64,000 nt of DNA. Origin: Vicugna vicugna (lineage: Eukaryota). Shown here piece by piece: positions 26,183 through 39,200 of the stretch. The position numbers and the translations under genes are program-made. The notes below the pieces were generated by a model. The model searched no databases. It was given only the letters and a program-made list of their open reading frames with translations, and was not told the DNA's origin. Numbering within the stretch: position 1 is the first letter of the stretch; every line of letters starts with the position of its first letter. Where the stretch lies: contig MU057560.1 in the NCBI GenBank assembly GCA_013265495.1, positions 694,753 through 758,752 of the forward strand, read 5' to 3'.

Positions 26183-26914
26183 ACTCTGGGTTCCTCAGTA
26201 TTTTCTCTACCAGTTTCGACAGGCCTTTCCCGGAAAGCAAAGCGCTGTGGTGGACAGTGGCCGTTGTAGCCGCGCTCACCCGGGAACACGTCCTTCGGCA
26301 GCTAGGGAGGTCGTTCTGTCTCCTCAGTTATAAAGCCACCCCAGCCCCTCTGTTTCCTGGGACCTGCTTCTGTGCAATGAGAGGGGGACAGGGCATTTCT
26401 CAGCTCATTCATTCATCCCACAAGTGCTTCTTAAGAACTCAGAAGTCACAAGTACAAAAGAACACGACAGCCGTGGAAGCCTTCAGGAGAGAAGTAACCT
26501 GGTCAGGGCTGCCAGATTACTGCTGTGAGTACAGGCACCGGCAGGGCGCCCCGACAGAGCGGCCCGCGGCCGGAGGAGTCGCGGGGGCGGGCACGGGTGC
26601 TGCCCTTCGCGTACCTGGGCTGCCCCGGGGAACCGTCAGCTTGCCCTTGCTTCTGTAAAATGAAGTAGAAGTTTTGTAAAGATGGGAAACTTCCCCAAAG
26701 GTGTGTATATAGATAGACAGATAGATGTATATATAGTTTGGCACATAGAAGTTATTTAATACATTTAGCTTTATTGTTGGCAAACCCAGTCCAAGACAAC
26801 TCTAGGTGACTGGAGACTGTGTTTCTAACTGTAGGATTCTGTTATAACAACCATGGACCTTTTTATGCTCCTCCAGCCCTTATGTTTGGATTGAATGAAT
26901 ATGGTTCATTATTG

Positions 26915-27028
26915 CCAAGGAAGACAACTTATTCTGGCTTGCCTGGGACTTCCTGGATTTTAGCCCTGGAATTCCCATGTCACAGGAAACAACTCAGTCC
27001 CAGACAAGCCAGGACGCCGGGACACCTG
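26915..27028. mobile_element. Small hAT-type MITE (MER94-like)
   Basis: CTGGCTTGCCTGGGACTT...AGTCCCAGACAAGCCAG forms internal inverted repeats, resembling MER94. Confidence 0.6.
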
Positions 27029-27919
27029 GAATTACCTGAAATCCAAAACTGCCCACCTCAAAGCCATTACTATCATTCCTCTTGAATGGCTACCCTAGAT
27101 TTTTTTAGATAAAGGCTGCACAATTATGTTACGTGGTCTCCCAAATGCATTCTTACAGCACCTACTAAAGAACTACTGTGACAGATTCCCAGAAGAAATA
27201 GTTGAAGAAATAAGACATACGTCTGATATAAAGTATCTAGTAGATGTCACCATAAGTGGTCAGTGGCAGACCCCTGATCGTGTCAAATCAGTGATGAGTC
27301 AAATCATGAGTGATGCTCTAAGAGAAAAGAGAGGTGACCAGGGATTGAGCCATGGGGACAGGGTCTACTAAAATGCTCTCAATACTGAAATGCAAAACCA
27401 ACCCAAAATGTCTGAGCCAAGAGCGGGGACTTCAGGCTCATCTGAGACGTCCAGAGGGAAGACGGCTCCAGTCTGTTGGCCCTTGGGGCCTAACAATGTC
27501 AACATGAATTTAGTTTCTCCTCCAGTTTGCTGCTTATGGTGTCAGGTGGCGCTTCAGCCTGGTTCTCCTTAGATCGCCAAATGGAGACACCCACTCCAGA
27601 CTTCAGAACTTTCCACATTACCATCCAGAAGGGCCTTGACCGTCTGCCTCTGAGCAACACTGTAGCAAGCATCTTGGTAACTGTGATAAGAGCCCGTCCT
27701 TCTGCCCTGCAGTGGGGAAGGGAGGTGAAGGGCGAGTGGTCAGAACTCCCTGCTGCGGACTGGGGGATGCTGGCAGTCACAGCGCCTCAGAGAGTTTCAT
27801 GGGAAAGAGGGAATTCAGAATCTTGGGAGAGTCCAATGCTCCATAAAGAGGAGCAAAGGGTGATCTCTTGTCCAAGTTCACGGGGAAGCTTGGGACAGAG
27901 CCAGATGCCAAATCTGCAG

Positions 27920-28105
27920 AAGCCAGACAGCACGGGTCCAAGTCCAGCTCTGTCCCTTACTGGCTGGGAGACCTTCAGCCAAGTGTCGAGCTTCCTCTGC
28001 GAAATGGGAAGAACAATGGCCCCTGCGTCCCAGGTGGCTGTGAGGGTGGGGTGAGCTGTTTAACGTGGACCCGCTCAGCACAGTGCCTCGTCCCCGCTCA
28101 GGGCT
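27920..28105 (+). mobile_element. MIR SINE fragment
   Basis: GGGTCCAAGTCCAGCTCTGTCCCTTACTGGCTGGGAGACCTT...CTTCCTCTGCGAAATGGG...GCTCAGCACAGTGCCT. Confidence 0.7.
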
Positions 28106-28547
28106 CCATCATGGACGGCACCACTGGTCCTGGGTCAGGGGCCTTCCCACGGAAGCATCCCACCTGCACAGACCCTGGAAAAATGCAAAAAGGGGAAGGG
28201 GCAAAAAGAAACAGGGAATTACATGTACAGGGTTGGGAGGGGGGAATACTTGGAGACCAGCGTTACAGAGGGAGAACTTTCCCAAATGGTAAGGAAAAGC
28301 AAACGGAGCGTGGGGAGACGGTCTGGGGCTGGTGAATAGCGAGCTGGAACACCAGGCTTGAGCGGCTGGGCTTTAGACTCCTGCACGGCGTTCCTTGGGT
28401 TGTCAAAGCAGGTCCAGAAGTAGCTGAGCCGCTCCCACCGCACTGACCACCTCCCAGAGGCAGGCGCATGCACTGTCGGGGCCAGAGCCTCCCCCAGAAG
28501 CGGCCTTTTATACTTATTCAAATAACAGGTCTCAGCTCTGGCGCTCA

Positions 28548-28968
28548 GTGGTGAGTCAGCGTACGTGTCCACTCTGCGGGCCCACGGTGCCCCTGTTTGT
28601 GGTCCAGCGTTACCCTGGCTATTTCTGGGAGGGTGTTTTTGGATGAGACTAACATTTGAATCGGTGACTTTTTCTCAAGCAGACTGCCCTCTGCAGTGTG
28701 GGTGGGCTTCACCCAATCAGGTGACGGCCTTGGGAAACCGCAAAGACGGGTCTCCCTCAGGTGAGATGGAGTTCTGCTCCAGATGGCCCTCAGACTTCAT
28801 CCTCAGCCCCTGTTCTTCCCCTGTCTCCAGCCTGCTGGGCTCCCCCCTCAGACGTTTTTGGACTTGGCCAAGCTCCCACAGGCACCTGAGCCAATTCCTA
28901 TGACATGTGCCTTTCTGCATCCACCCTCATCCCCTCAGTTCTGTTTCTTGGAGAATCCTGTCTAGCAC
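28548..28968 (+). mobile_element. ERVL solo LTR (MLT2-like)
   Basis: GAGGGTGTTTTTGGATGAGACTAACATTTGAATCGG...AAGCAGACTGCCCTC...GTGGGTGGGCTTCACCCAATCAG...GAGCCAATTCC...TTCTGTTTCTTGGAGAATCCTG. Confidence 0.85.
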
Positions 28969-29619
28969 ATCTTCTGATCAGATGTCTTGTAAGAGGAGTT
29001 CCGTAAGTGAAATTTGGTCAGGGGAATGCTGGTCCCTGGCAGTACTAAGGTGCACCCACCGCCTCCCTGTAACCCTTCGGGACGCCCAGTTTGTTGCTCC
29101 CCCAGATCACCATCTGGGCCAACTGTGCAACTTCCGCCGGCCTGGGGTCCACACAGGACCACCTCTGGCCAGGTGGCAGTCCCGGAAGGGCGCTGACTGT
29201 CACTCACTGGGTTTCTGTGGAGCAAGAGCTAACTGTGCTTCCTGGGCCTGGTCAATTTCTCAAGTGCTTTCTACCTGCAGAACTTCCCACCAGCCTTGGA
29301 CTTGAGCAGGAACCATCTGACCTTGGGTTCTCCTTAAGCCACCGTCTGCTCTGGCTCAGGTCTGGTCCAGTCTATGGGCGGCAGCTCCCACTGCAACTGA
29401 ACTTGGTTTCCATTCTTCTTTCTCTCAGAAGTACACAAACACTGCTCCTCACCGTCGAACTAGCATGACAAATCATTCTGAAGTAAGGTGCCATCTTCTC
29501 TGGTCTTCCCGTCCCATCTGTGCATCTTCATCAACATTCCAATTCTGAGAAGCCTTCTCCATCCACAATCTCTTGTATTCAAGAGATAATAATTCCCCTC
29601 AGATTACACAGGGGCTAGG

Positions 29620-29645
29620 GTGTGTGTGTGTGTGTGTGTGTGTGT
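29620..29645. repeat. (TG)n microsatellite
   Basis: Perfect GT run of 13 units. Confidence 0.95.
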
Positions 29646-30944
29646 TTAATTGGTTCCCCGCAATTGTATGAGCGATGTCCTTTTAGTTTTATTCTCCGTT
29701 ATCTCTTGCAGAACATCTCCATCTTCTGTTTTATTTCATATGTTAAAGCTTATAACAAACCATCAGTCCCAACCTAGGTTTCTCCTTTTCCTCTCCATCC
29801 TTTAGCATCCAGTCCCAAGGCCTCGTACCACTTGAGGCCAGTGTTAATGTCAGGTAATTTAAGTCCGCAGGTCTCACAAAGCTTTGCAAATGTTAATTAA
29901 GCAACAGAACGCTTTTTATGAAGCGAGGATTATGGTCCTCACTTCACAGGTAAAAATCCAAACACACAAAGCCTGAATGCCATCACCACCTGCTCACGAC
30001 TCGAGAAATGCCATCGTTTCACACTGCGTGGTGACATCAGTGGCACCGAGCTTGTCAGTGCCATGGCCCCACTTTCCAGAAGATAAGATGGACTGAGGGG
30101 TCTGGACGGTATTAAGTACTCAGACTGCTTGTTATTTACAGACCTACTGGCGTTCTCATTTTTCTTTATTTTCTCACTGTCCCCTTCCCTATGGCAACGA
30201 TGCTCAATGAGCAAGCAATGAAAACTCGAGGTGTGACAAGGGTGTGTTCATTCTTATTATTTGGTATGGAGACTCCGGTTTCTGCTGAGGTAATTTTTGT
30301 TTTGCGTTGATGCCCTCACTGGTTTAGGGCCAAGGGTCTCAGAGGCTGGTCTGTGGCCCCATAACCTCAGAATTGGCTGATACAGTGATTAGAAAAATAG
30401 TTTCCAGGTCTCATTCCAAGTGCACTGAATCAATATTTTGGGAAGAGGGCCCAGAGGTCTGTAATTCTGAGTATGTGATTTCGATGTTTGGTATGGCTGA
30501 CAACCAGATTCGTGTTTCATGACACGCTGTGTTCTCTGTATTATTGCTGTAATATGCTTATGTTTGTGTAATTAATGAAGTTTGTCAATTGAAAGAGGAA
30601 GACAATTTTTTTTCAAAGAATTATATTAAACTTGAGTTTGAGAATTTTCTAATCTGGAAAATAATTGCTTCTGCTCTCCCGTTATAAAGTGCAACACAGA
30701 CCATCCCCCAAACAACAGGAAAACACAGGACCAAGGGCCCTTTAGTTTGGGCCATTGGGTGTCTGAAAGATTGGGAACGCGAGTAACCTCAGTTAGGCCT
30801 GGCGGTCCAGCGTCCACCGGCCGCACGGCATCTGGCTGGCTTCCCCATTTATGCGACCGGCCAGCTCTGAAAGCCTAAGCTTATACAATGCCTCCCAACG
30901 GGCCCTCTGACTGTAAATAAAAAGTGCCTGTTTGTATTATTTGT

Positions 30945-31100
30945 TAGACCTGGAAGGAACCTCAAATACAATCTAGTTCAGCACCAGTTTATGCATTCAG
31001 AAAACAGAAGACCAGAGAGGCAAAGCAAGTTACCTAACACGGCACAGCTGAACGGGAGACTCGACAGAATCAGAATTCACCTCCCTACCTCTTCATCCAC
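30945..31100 (-). mobile_element. MIR SINE fragment
   Basis: CTGGAAGGAACCTC...ATCTAGTTCA...AGACCAGAGAGGCAAAGCAAGTTACCTAACACGGCACAGCT. Confidence 0.6.
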
Positions 31101-31260
31101 GGTCCCTTTCCGAATGGCATGCCGTCTCTTCTCTGTTCCTGAACAGAGGCCTCTAATCTTGCCACATGAAGCAATCTTATCCATGAAATTTTTTGAGCCA
31201 TCACTGCCCACCCCCCATATATGTATCATTTTTCAAATGAAATACATGTGCCAGTGACCC

Positions 31261-31325
31261 CACTATGCTGTACACCAGAAATTAACACATTGTAAATCGA
31301 CTATACTTCAACAAAATTAAAAAGA
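31261..31325 (+). mobile_element. Very short L1 3'-terminal fragment
   Basis: CACTATGCTGTACACCAGAAATTAACACATTGTAAATCGACTATACTTCAACAAAATTAAAAAG. Confidence 0.8.
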
Positions 31326-33195
31326 ATCATGAGATTTTTGTCTATTGGAATTGCTCCTCTGCCGTGTTTTAAAGAGGTCTCATCTATCTACACGTGAACG
31401 ACATTCTCCATGTGAGTCCCAGCAGGAAGCCACGTCTGAGAACCAGCTCCGGAAGGGTCCCCCCAAACATCCGGACACTGTCCACCGCCTCTTCACTTCC
31501 TCCAGAGAGCGGAAGAGGGGAGGCAAGGTCATGGTGGTCACCCCGGCTCCTTCTGCTGCTTCTGCTCTAGAGCTGAGCAGGCTTCTGCTCTGACACCTGC
31601 TGATTCCCTCACCGGCGTTTGACCCTCTCCCCGCCATGCTCCCACGCTACGCCCCCCAACATGGCACAGAGCTTCCCAATCCAGGTTTCACGTCTGAGCC
31701 GTGCATTCGGGGCACGTGTTAGGGAGCTCCCACCAGGCTTCAGCGCCAGAATCTGGGGTCACGGGGCCCCACAAGGTAGAAAGGTCCCTGCCCTCAAAGG
31801 ACGACGGCCCGAGGCAGTACCTCTGATTCACTGAGTTTTTCCCTTTGTGGGCCGAGGACCTCCTGGTTTCCCAGGCGAAGCGGGAGCACCGCGCTCTCCC
31901 GCACCTCGCCCAGGGACACGCAGCCGACACACAGCTGAAACAGACAACCGGGTCTCCTGCGACGGAGCGGGGGGGGGGGGGGTCGGGGAACAGGGGAGGA
32001 CCCCCCCACCCCCCCCCCCGCATGCAGCCCCTCCCACCGCCCACTCCCCTCGGGGGCGGGGGACCAAGTGGGTCTTTCCATCCCAGACCGGAAGGAGGGG
32101 GGCGCCGGCACTGGACACGCGCCGGCCAGGCCCGCAGGGTTGCCTGGGCTCACCCGGGGGGGGGGGCTGCAGTGCAAGGACGTCTCTCTATTGCTGTTTT
32201 TTCCAACCTCTGAAATACTAAATGTCCCCAAAAGACGGCTCCTGATCTCCCTCCAACAGCCCCCTCCCCTCCATCTCCAAACCCATTAATGTCACATCGA
32301 CCAAGCGAAAAATCAGATTTACAGACTCTACCCTTTCTTTTCCCTGCCTCCTTTTTCTTCCCCTTAATCCAGGCACAGCCAGATTCCTCTTCTTCCTCTC
32401 GCTCACTCGGTATTCATGCTCCTGCTCCCTCGCCCTCCGAGGTCACCTCCACGTGGTTGGCTGCGCTCGCTCAACCCGGGGTCACCGGCCACGGCATCCC
32501 AGATCGGCGCCGGCTTTGCCGGGGTGACTGGTCATCTTGTCAGTCCCGCAGGCTTCACCCCGAGGTCTCCCTGACTCGCTGTGCGTCTGGCTGCACTGAC
32601 TGGGAAAGGCCTTGTCTCCCTTCCTCCCGCCCACGCCCCTCAGCATCCTTGTGACACAGCCCAGAGGCCTTCTGAACAAGTGTTTCTAAGCAATGCCGTC
32701 TGCTCAGGTTCCTGCGTCGCACAGACGCGGGCTGCGAGGTGGAACCCGAGCCCGGCATGGTGCTGGCCCCGGCCGCCCCGGCTGCCCCGGCCTCCCCGCT
32801 TGGTCCACAGCAGTGTCCACTTTTGCCTCTTTGGCTGATGGGCTCCCCGAAGGCTTCCCTTGTACCAACTCCTGCTAGCTCTTGGACCAAAGTACCTTCT
32901 TCTGTTTTTATTTATAAAACACCAGCAGGTGAAAACAGTTTAGGCAAAAGTGATGCTTCTAGAACTTTCTGGTTTGATTGAAAATGTTGTTGAGTAGAAG
33001 TATTTAAGGCAAAATTTCATAGTCCCCAGCCTTGTTAAATAGGCCATAAATGAACACGACTTAAGCTTTTTCTGATGACTCGGTGTCTCCATTATAAACA
33101 CTGATTCCTGAAAAGTGATATAACACATTGAGCCACTCAGTCACCTGAGTAGACCTCACACAAAATGACTCGAGCTTTGAGCTATTTGTTTGGTT

Positions 33196-33213
33196 TATAT
33201 ATATATATATATA
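33196..33213. repeat. (TA)n microsatellite
   Basis: tatatatatatatatata. Confidence 0.9.
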
Positions 33214-36200
33214 TTTCTTATGAATCTCTCTCCTCCTCTTTTTTCTTCACTGCTGCTTCTTTAGGTCCCATATTCACTCCTCTTAACTTGTGGATTTTGA
33301 CATTCTGAGTCAGAAAAGCAGAATTTTACCTACGAGGGACAAAATCATACTTGAGGGCCTCTTCATTTTGAAATGCCACCTGCTGAGTCAAATCAGTCCT
33401 AATCTACAGTGGCCATGAGGACGTCTGTGCTAAGGGACAGGGCACCTTGAAGAGCTGTTTATTGGCAAAGGAGTCGTGACACACTTGAGCGATGAAGATG
33501 AATGAGAAATCTCGTGTCATCCTGACGCTGTAAAGCTCTGCAGATGTAAAGCAGTTCTCAAACACACCTTTAATATAACTATTTCTTAAAAACAACCCTA
33601 ACATTTCAGTGGGTAACTCCAGTGTCCTGTGTGTGGATAGGCGTGACATTTCTTCCTATTTTTACCATTTCTTAAAACATTTTTTCCCCTTTTGTGCATT
33701 GTACTGAACTCTGTTTATTTTCCGACATTTAACACACCATCTTCCCTCTTCGGCTATTTAAACAGTTTTTAACTTTACTTCCTGGATTCAAAGAAATACA
33801 GACCCATTCAAATAATCCCAAAGAAATCGGGGTCTAGTGTGATTTTGGTCTGGCCGCATTTAAGAGAAAACCTGAGTGTCACTTACCTCAAACGTGAACT
33901 GGGGTTGGCTAGGAGTTGGCGACTGGTTAAGGATTCTGGAATTCCTTTCCCTTCGGCTTCATGTTCACACCTGTGGCTCCAGACATCACATCTATATCCC
34001 AGACGGAAGGAAGGAACATCTGCAGAAGGGCACATGTCTATCCCACACGCTTCCTTGTAGAGATGTCTTCCTGGAGGTCTCACTGAGCAACCTGAGTAAC
34101 ATCTCCCCGCTCAGGACCATGTCACAGGTCACCTCTCTACAAGGGAAGCTACTTTATCTGGCTGGTCATGTTGTGACGGAAACCAAAGTGAGTTTTTTTT
34201 AGTAAAGAAAATGGCCGGGTAACTACTGGGTAGGCTGCCTGCGGCCTGTGGTTTTACGTATGAAACCTCACTGGGCTGGGGCCAGTAAGCACCGGGAGCT
34301 GCCCTCCAGACACTGGGAGCCCTCTCTCGGGAGTCACGTGACTCTCCCACCTGCTGCTCCCTCCTGAGCTCCTGTTTCTCGGGCTTCCCCTTTGTTTTTG
34401 GCCTCATTTCAGCCTGGAATGCCTATTCCAGCTCTAACAGCCCCTCAAGACCTCTCTCCTCAAACGCTGCAGAGCACCAGGCCAGTCTGCATGTTTCCAG
34501 CCCAAATCCGGAAAGGAGTTTGAGTATTAGTTCAGACTAGCTCTAGAGAGACAGAGTTCCAGGTGAGGAGCAACCCTGTCACCCCGAGCTACCCTTGAGC
34601 TTAGGGGCCACAAGGCCAAGTTGGTCCAGTCAGGACACTGGGCAGAACACGGTTATTTAGTCCAGATGGAACGGAGAGTACGCAGACCGGGCTGCAAATG
34701 ATGGGCACCTGAGGCATGCAAACTCAGGCTAAGTACACAGTGGTGATCATTTCATAGAGAGAGAAATCTCAAGGGTCAGTCTTGTCTCTCCTCATTTTGT
34801 CTTGCAGATCTGCTCGTGTGTGCCTGTTACGCTCAGATCTAGCTTCCTGTCCGATCCTAGAAGAAAAAAATCTGTAGCTCTGGGGTTCGGTCCAGCCAGA
34901 TGACAAAGCCTGCAGTGACTGTGAGGTGTCCTGCCAGGCCCTCCTCCCGCCCCCCGAGTCTCCAAAGATCAGAGCAGATCCTGGTTTCAATGAATGTGCT
35001 TTAACCAATGTCCAAACCAGGATTCAGTTATGTCAGTTTCACCAAGCTGCATGTCTCATAAAAGCACTTACTTGCAGGTAAGGCCAGGGTCTCTTCCAAC
35101 AAGATCATCGTCCGTCTTTGGGTCAAGACACTCTGCCCAGTTGTACTACTTCTACTGTACCTTATAGACCAGCCACCGCTGGGGCAGGGCGCATCACCCC
35201 TTCCTTTCACTCCCTGATCCACTGGGAAAATGACAAAGTCCAGGTTTTCACATTTTATGTTTTCCTACCAGTGACATTTTAGCCAGAGATGTCTCTTCAG
35301 TACACTTAACCACAGAACTTTTTTTAAAAATTCTATTTTTATGAAACCCACATCATTGAAAAGCAAGGAATATAACACATAGCACCAGGAGTCCCCATAA
35401 GGAGTCTGAAACACGTTCAGGATGCTTTAGTGTTAATTTCAAGGGAAGTTATATGCCAGGTGTAACTTACACAAGGTCTATTTTTTGTTTCTTTCGAAAT
35501 TTGAATCAAAATAAAATTCTACCAAAGTGAAAGACATCCTAAGATATTCATGAATGAAGCTAAAACATGGACTGTACTATATAAGGGTGGGACGGTGTGG
35601 CCACAGACAGCTGTCATTTGTCCTTTGGTTTGTAGTGAAAAATCAGTATAACTAAGAGTGGTTGTGTTAACTGTGCACTTCGAAATTTGTTACAACACAA
35701 CACAAACGTTTCTACAAAACCAAATTTAATATACAACACACACTCACCATGTAAACACATCTTTTAAAAAAAAATCTGATCATTCCAAGGATCACTTACA
35801 GGCTTCCATAAAAGTATTTTATATCAAGAATCTCAATACAGAATGAATTCTATGGCAAAATACATTTACACTGTAAACTGTTATAGAAAAAAAAAAAGAC
35901 ACAGAGAAATGGAGTTTGCTGGTATTGAATTCAACAGCAGCAACTGCCCCTAATATATTTTTTTCTTCATTTTCTACTTCAAGCATTTCTGACAAAACAT
36001 GTTTATCTACCCTTCTAGTCTCTATGGTTTATTCACTCAGTCAGCCAGTTAAAAATCGTGAGACATTATATACCATGCTTATACCACTAGTCAGCAGCTC
36101 TCAAACCTGCCCAGAGCATTGCTTGGGGGTAGGGGGGTCCTCCTCGCCAGGCTGACGCCCAGCACTTCCCACCTGTCCCTGGTATGAACGCTGAGGACGA

Positions 36201-36286
36201 CACTCTGGGAACTGAACAGTAGTCATCAATGCCAAACTGGAAAAAAAAGTCACATGAAAACCACAAGTGCGGATCGATCACACAAT

Positions 36287-36292
36287 TTTATT
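36287..36292 (-). terminator. Candidate distal polyadenylation signal AATAAA (~8.7 kb mRNA isoform)
   Basis: The minus strand reads CTAATAAAATTGTGTGATCGATCCGCACTTGTGGTTTTCATGTGACTTTTTTTT, a canonical hexamer followed by a GU/U-rich downstream element. Confidence 0.72.
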
Positions 36293-39200
36293 AGAGTCTT
36301 TTGAACAAATGTAGTCCTCTGTGAAAAACTTGCAAAAGAGACATTGGGGCATACTATTTTCAACCCTGAGCAATAACACTGCATACCAAGGGGGGCGGGG
36401 CGAGAAGCTGTTCCGATCGAAGCACAAGCACGGCCACCGATATGCTCTATGTGGTCAGGTTTTTACAAAAAAATACATAGTTTTCAATAAATAATGCTTA
36501 ATTTTACAACTTTGATACAGCAATGTCATACACTGGTTTTTAACACACGAAACTCTGCATGCTAGATAGTCTACCCAAGACGAAGCTTTCCCATGCATTT
36601 TCTCTCCCCCAGTGCCGCTGTCAGACACACGCCATCCTCCAGCGCCCGGCCTGGGGGGGCGCTCCCCTCTGCAGCACGACCCCCAGCCCTGCGCTGGCAT
36701 GCAAACTCTAAAAAGGTCCCCCCACAAACCACTCAGACTTCTAAACAAAAGGGTTTTTCAGCCTTCCTGCTGCCAAACCTGGAGTGGCTCTGAAAGTAGA
36801 CTTGTGCAGTGTCCTGCTGGAAACTGCCCTGACACGGCAGGTGGCTCTGTCCTGCTGGCCTTCAGGAAGCCCTGCGGGATGCCATCAGCACTAGCAGTCC
36901 CAAACTGGAGAAGCAGGCCTCCCTTCTACAACAGTCCGTTCAAAAAAAGGTGTCGAGAACAAATGCCAAAGACTCTTAAACCCACAACATATGTACAAGA
37001 GTAAAAAGAGACAAAATGGGAAATTAATGGTAATGGCATAGAACAACATCTCTCCCTGTGTGATTCAAAGGATGGGGCACTGTGTTTCTGACCATAAGCT
37101 GCATGAAGGAGAATGTGTTAGAGGGCCCTTTGTCAGTACCTGTTTGATCAAAATTCTTTATGTCGTACAGGATCCTTATTTCCAGTTGCTCTCACTTTTT
37201 GTTTGTTTTTTAAAGAAGGAATGTAATAGTCAAAATAAGGAAAGCATCAAAGTCACTTCCAGGACCCTAGAGTAAAATTGTTTTTTTTACACATTTGCAA
37301 ACGTTTTGTCATATTGCTTTATTGTGTCATTTTCACAGACGAGAAAACCCGCGTCTACGGGACCACAGAAAAGAAGTTTGATCAAATACTGAGAAGGAAG
37401 CCTCCACATCTGCACATCTAGGTTGTTCCAATTCATTGACGGCTCCTGTGAAACCACATCTCAACGCGACCATACTGCTCTGAGTGGTTTGTTTTCTCTT
37501 AACAGAGAAGTGATCTGTTTGCAACAGAAGTTCCCAAGTCCTGTACAACAGTCCTATCTGTGCACTGGCAGAGGTATTGAATCTTTTCAGAGTTATCTCT
37601 ACCCAAAAGAATTATTACTTTTATACATGGAACATTATGAACGTGTTTCCCTTTGCAAGCCGTTTTATACTTTCTGCACGTTTGTGCTTTTATTGAGTAT
37701 AAAAATAGGTCTCCTTTAAAATTCTATTTAAGTTCACTAAAAAACTACTTGTTTGTGAAATTCTCTTAAAAACTCACTGCATCCACATGGAATAGATAAA
37801 ACTAATCAGGCAGCTAATTGACATAGGTAGTGTTAAAAAAATAACAATGAAAAAAAAATGAGGATACGTGAGGATTCAAGAAAAAAGCCAGTAGGAAAGT
37901 ACAATGGAAGAGAGGTAAATTTCATAAATCGTGTTTAATCTTTATTGTGATTGAAAATGTGGGCTCCACAGAAAGTGGGGGTGGGGTGGCTGAGCCGTTA
38001 TCAAAGAGCAGAATTTGTCAGATCATCAGATGAAAGGGTAAATATGGTAGAATAAATCCAATAAATGAACAGTGAGAAAGAGCCAACGATGAAAACAAGC
38101 CAGATCTCTGCAAAGCACGTGTTAAGAGTCATTACATGGAGACGGTGACTTTGGGAGCTTGTGAATCCCTGTGTTGAACACCTAAGGCTGTCTGTGTCCC
38201 CACAGGCCTGGGCTATACAAAGGGTACTGGAAACTGACATTCCTAATGGAAATTTTATAAAATTTGGCCCTTACAAGAACTGAGAAATAGCCTGAAAAAT
38301 CTTCCCTGAAGCTGTAGTAAAGAAAGTTTCTTATCTACTGATAAAATCATCAACTCAGTGAACTATTTTCGCTGGTCGTCCTACATAAGAAAAAAGCACA
38401 AATATATCTGCCTCAGAAATCTGTTAAAAGCAGGGGACCACGCAGTAAAAGAGTATAAAGATTCTATAAATGGGAGAGTCCAAGAAAACCTCTCTCCAAA
38501 GTGTCCACAAGGATATATATGCCCATTAGAAGAAAAAGTAAGAATATACATATTATTAATCATATCAGAGAATAAAAAAGTTAAGGTTGATATAATATAT
38601 TTATATTGAATGACTACTTTAAAATCGAGCAACTTATTTGCTTTCTTTCCCAGGTTCCTTGGGCAAGTCATTTAAGTTCTGAAGAGAAAAGCAAATGTAA
38701 CTTTCTCAAACTGGAGCAATTACAAATGATTCTGGTTTCCACTCTCAGAGAAGGGAGACACAAGTCCTGCCTTTTCAGTCTTTTTTCTTTCTCAAAAAAA
38801 CAACTAAATCATCCTGACTGCTTATATGCATGCATATTTAAATCACTTCCCCTTGATTAACATTAAAAAGAAACACTTCTGCCCAAAACGGTTTTAAAGA
38901 TTTTTTTTTTCCCAGCTAAAGGGTAATCTTTCTACAAATAATTTGCCCTGTGACTGTAGTCATTCATAACATACATATTTGCAAAGCACAGTTTAAATAC
39001 ACTGCCTTTATTAGCAATATATATTTTTTAATAAAAAGGATGCATGCCAGAGTGTAAGAACTAGAAGATTATTTCCACAGTCTAAAGAATTAATAAGAGA
39101 ATGCTGGTTCTTAAAGATGGAAATCTTAGCAAAATGCCATCGTAAGTCTGTGAACTACTTATAAACAGCAGGATCCGCACTGGCTAGGCTGCAGAGCACT

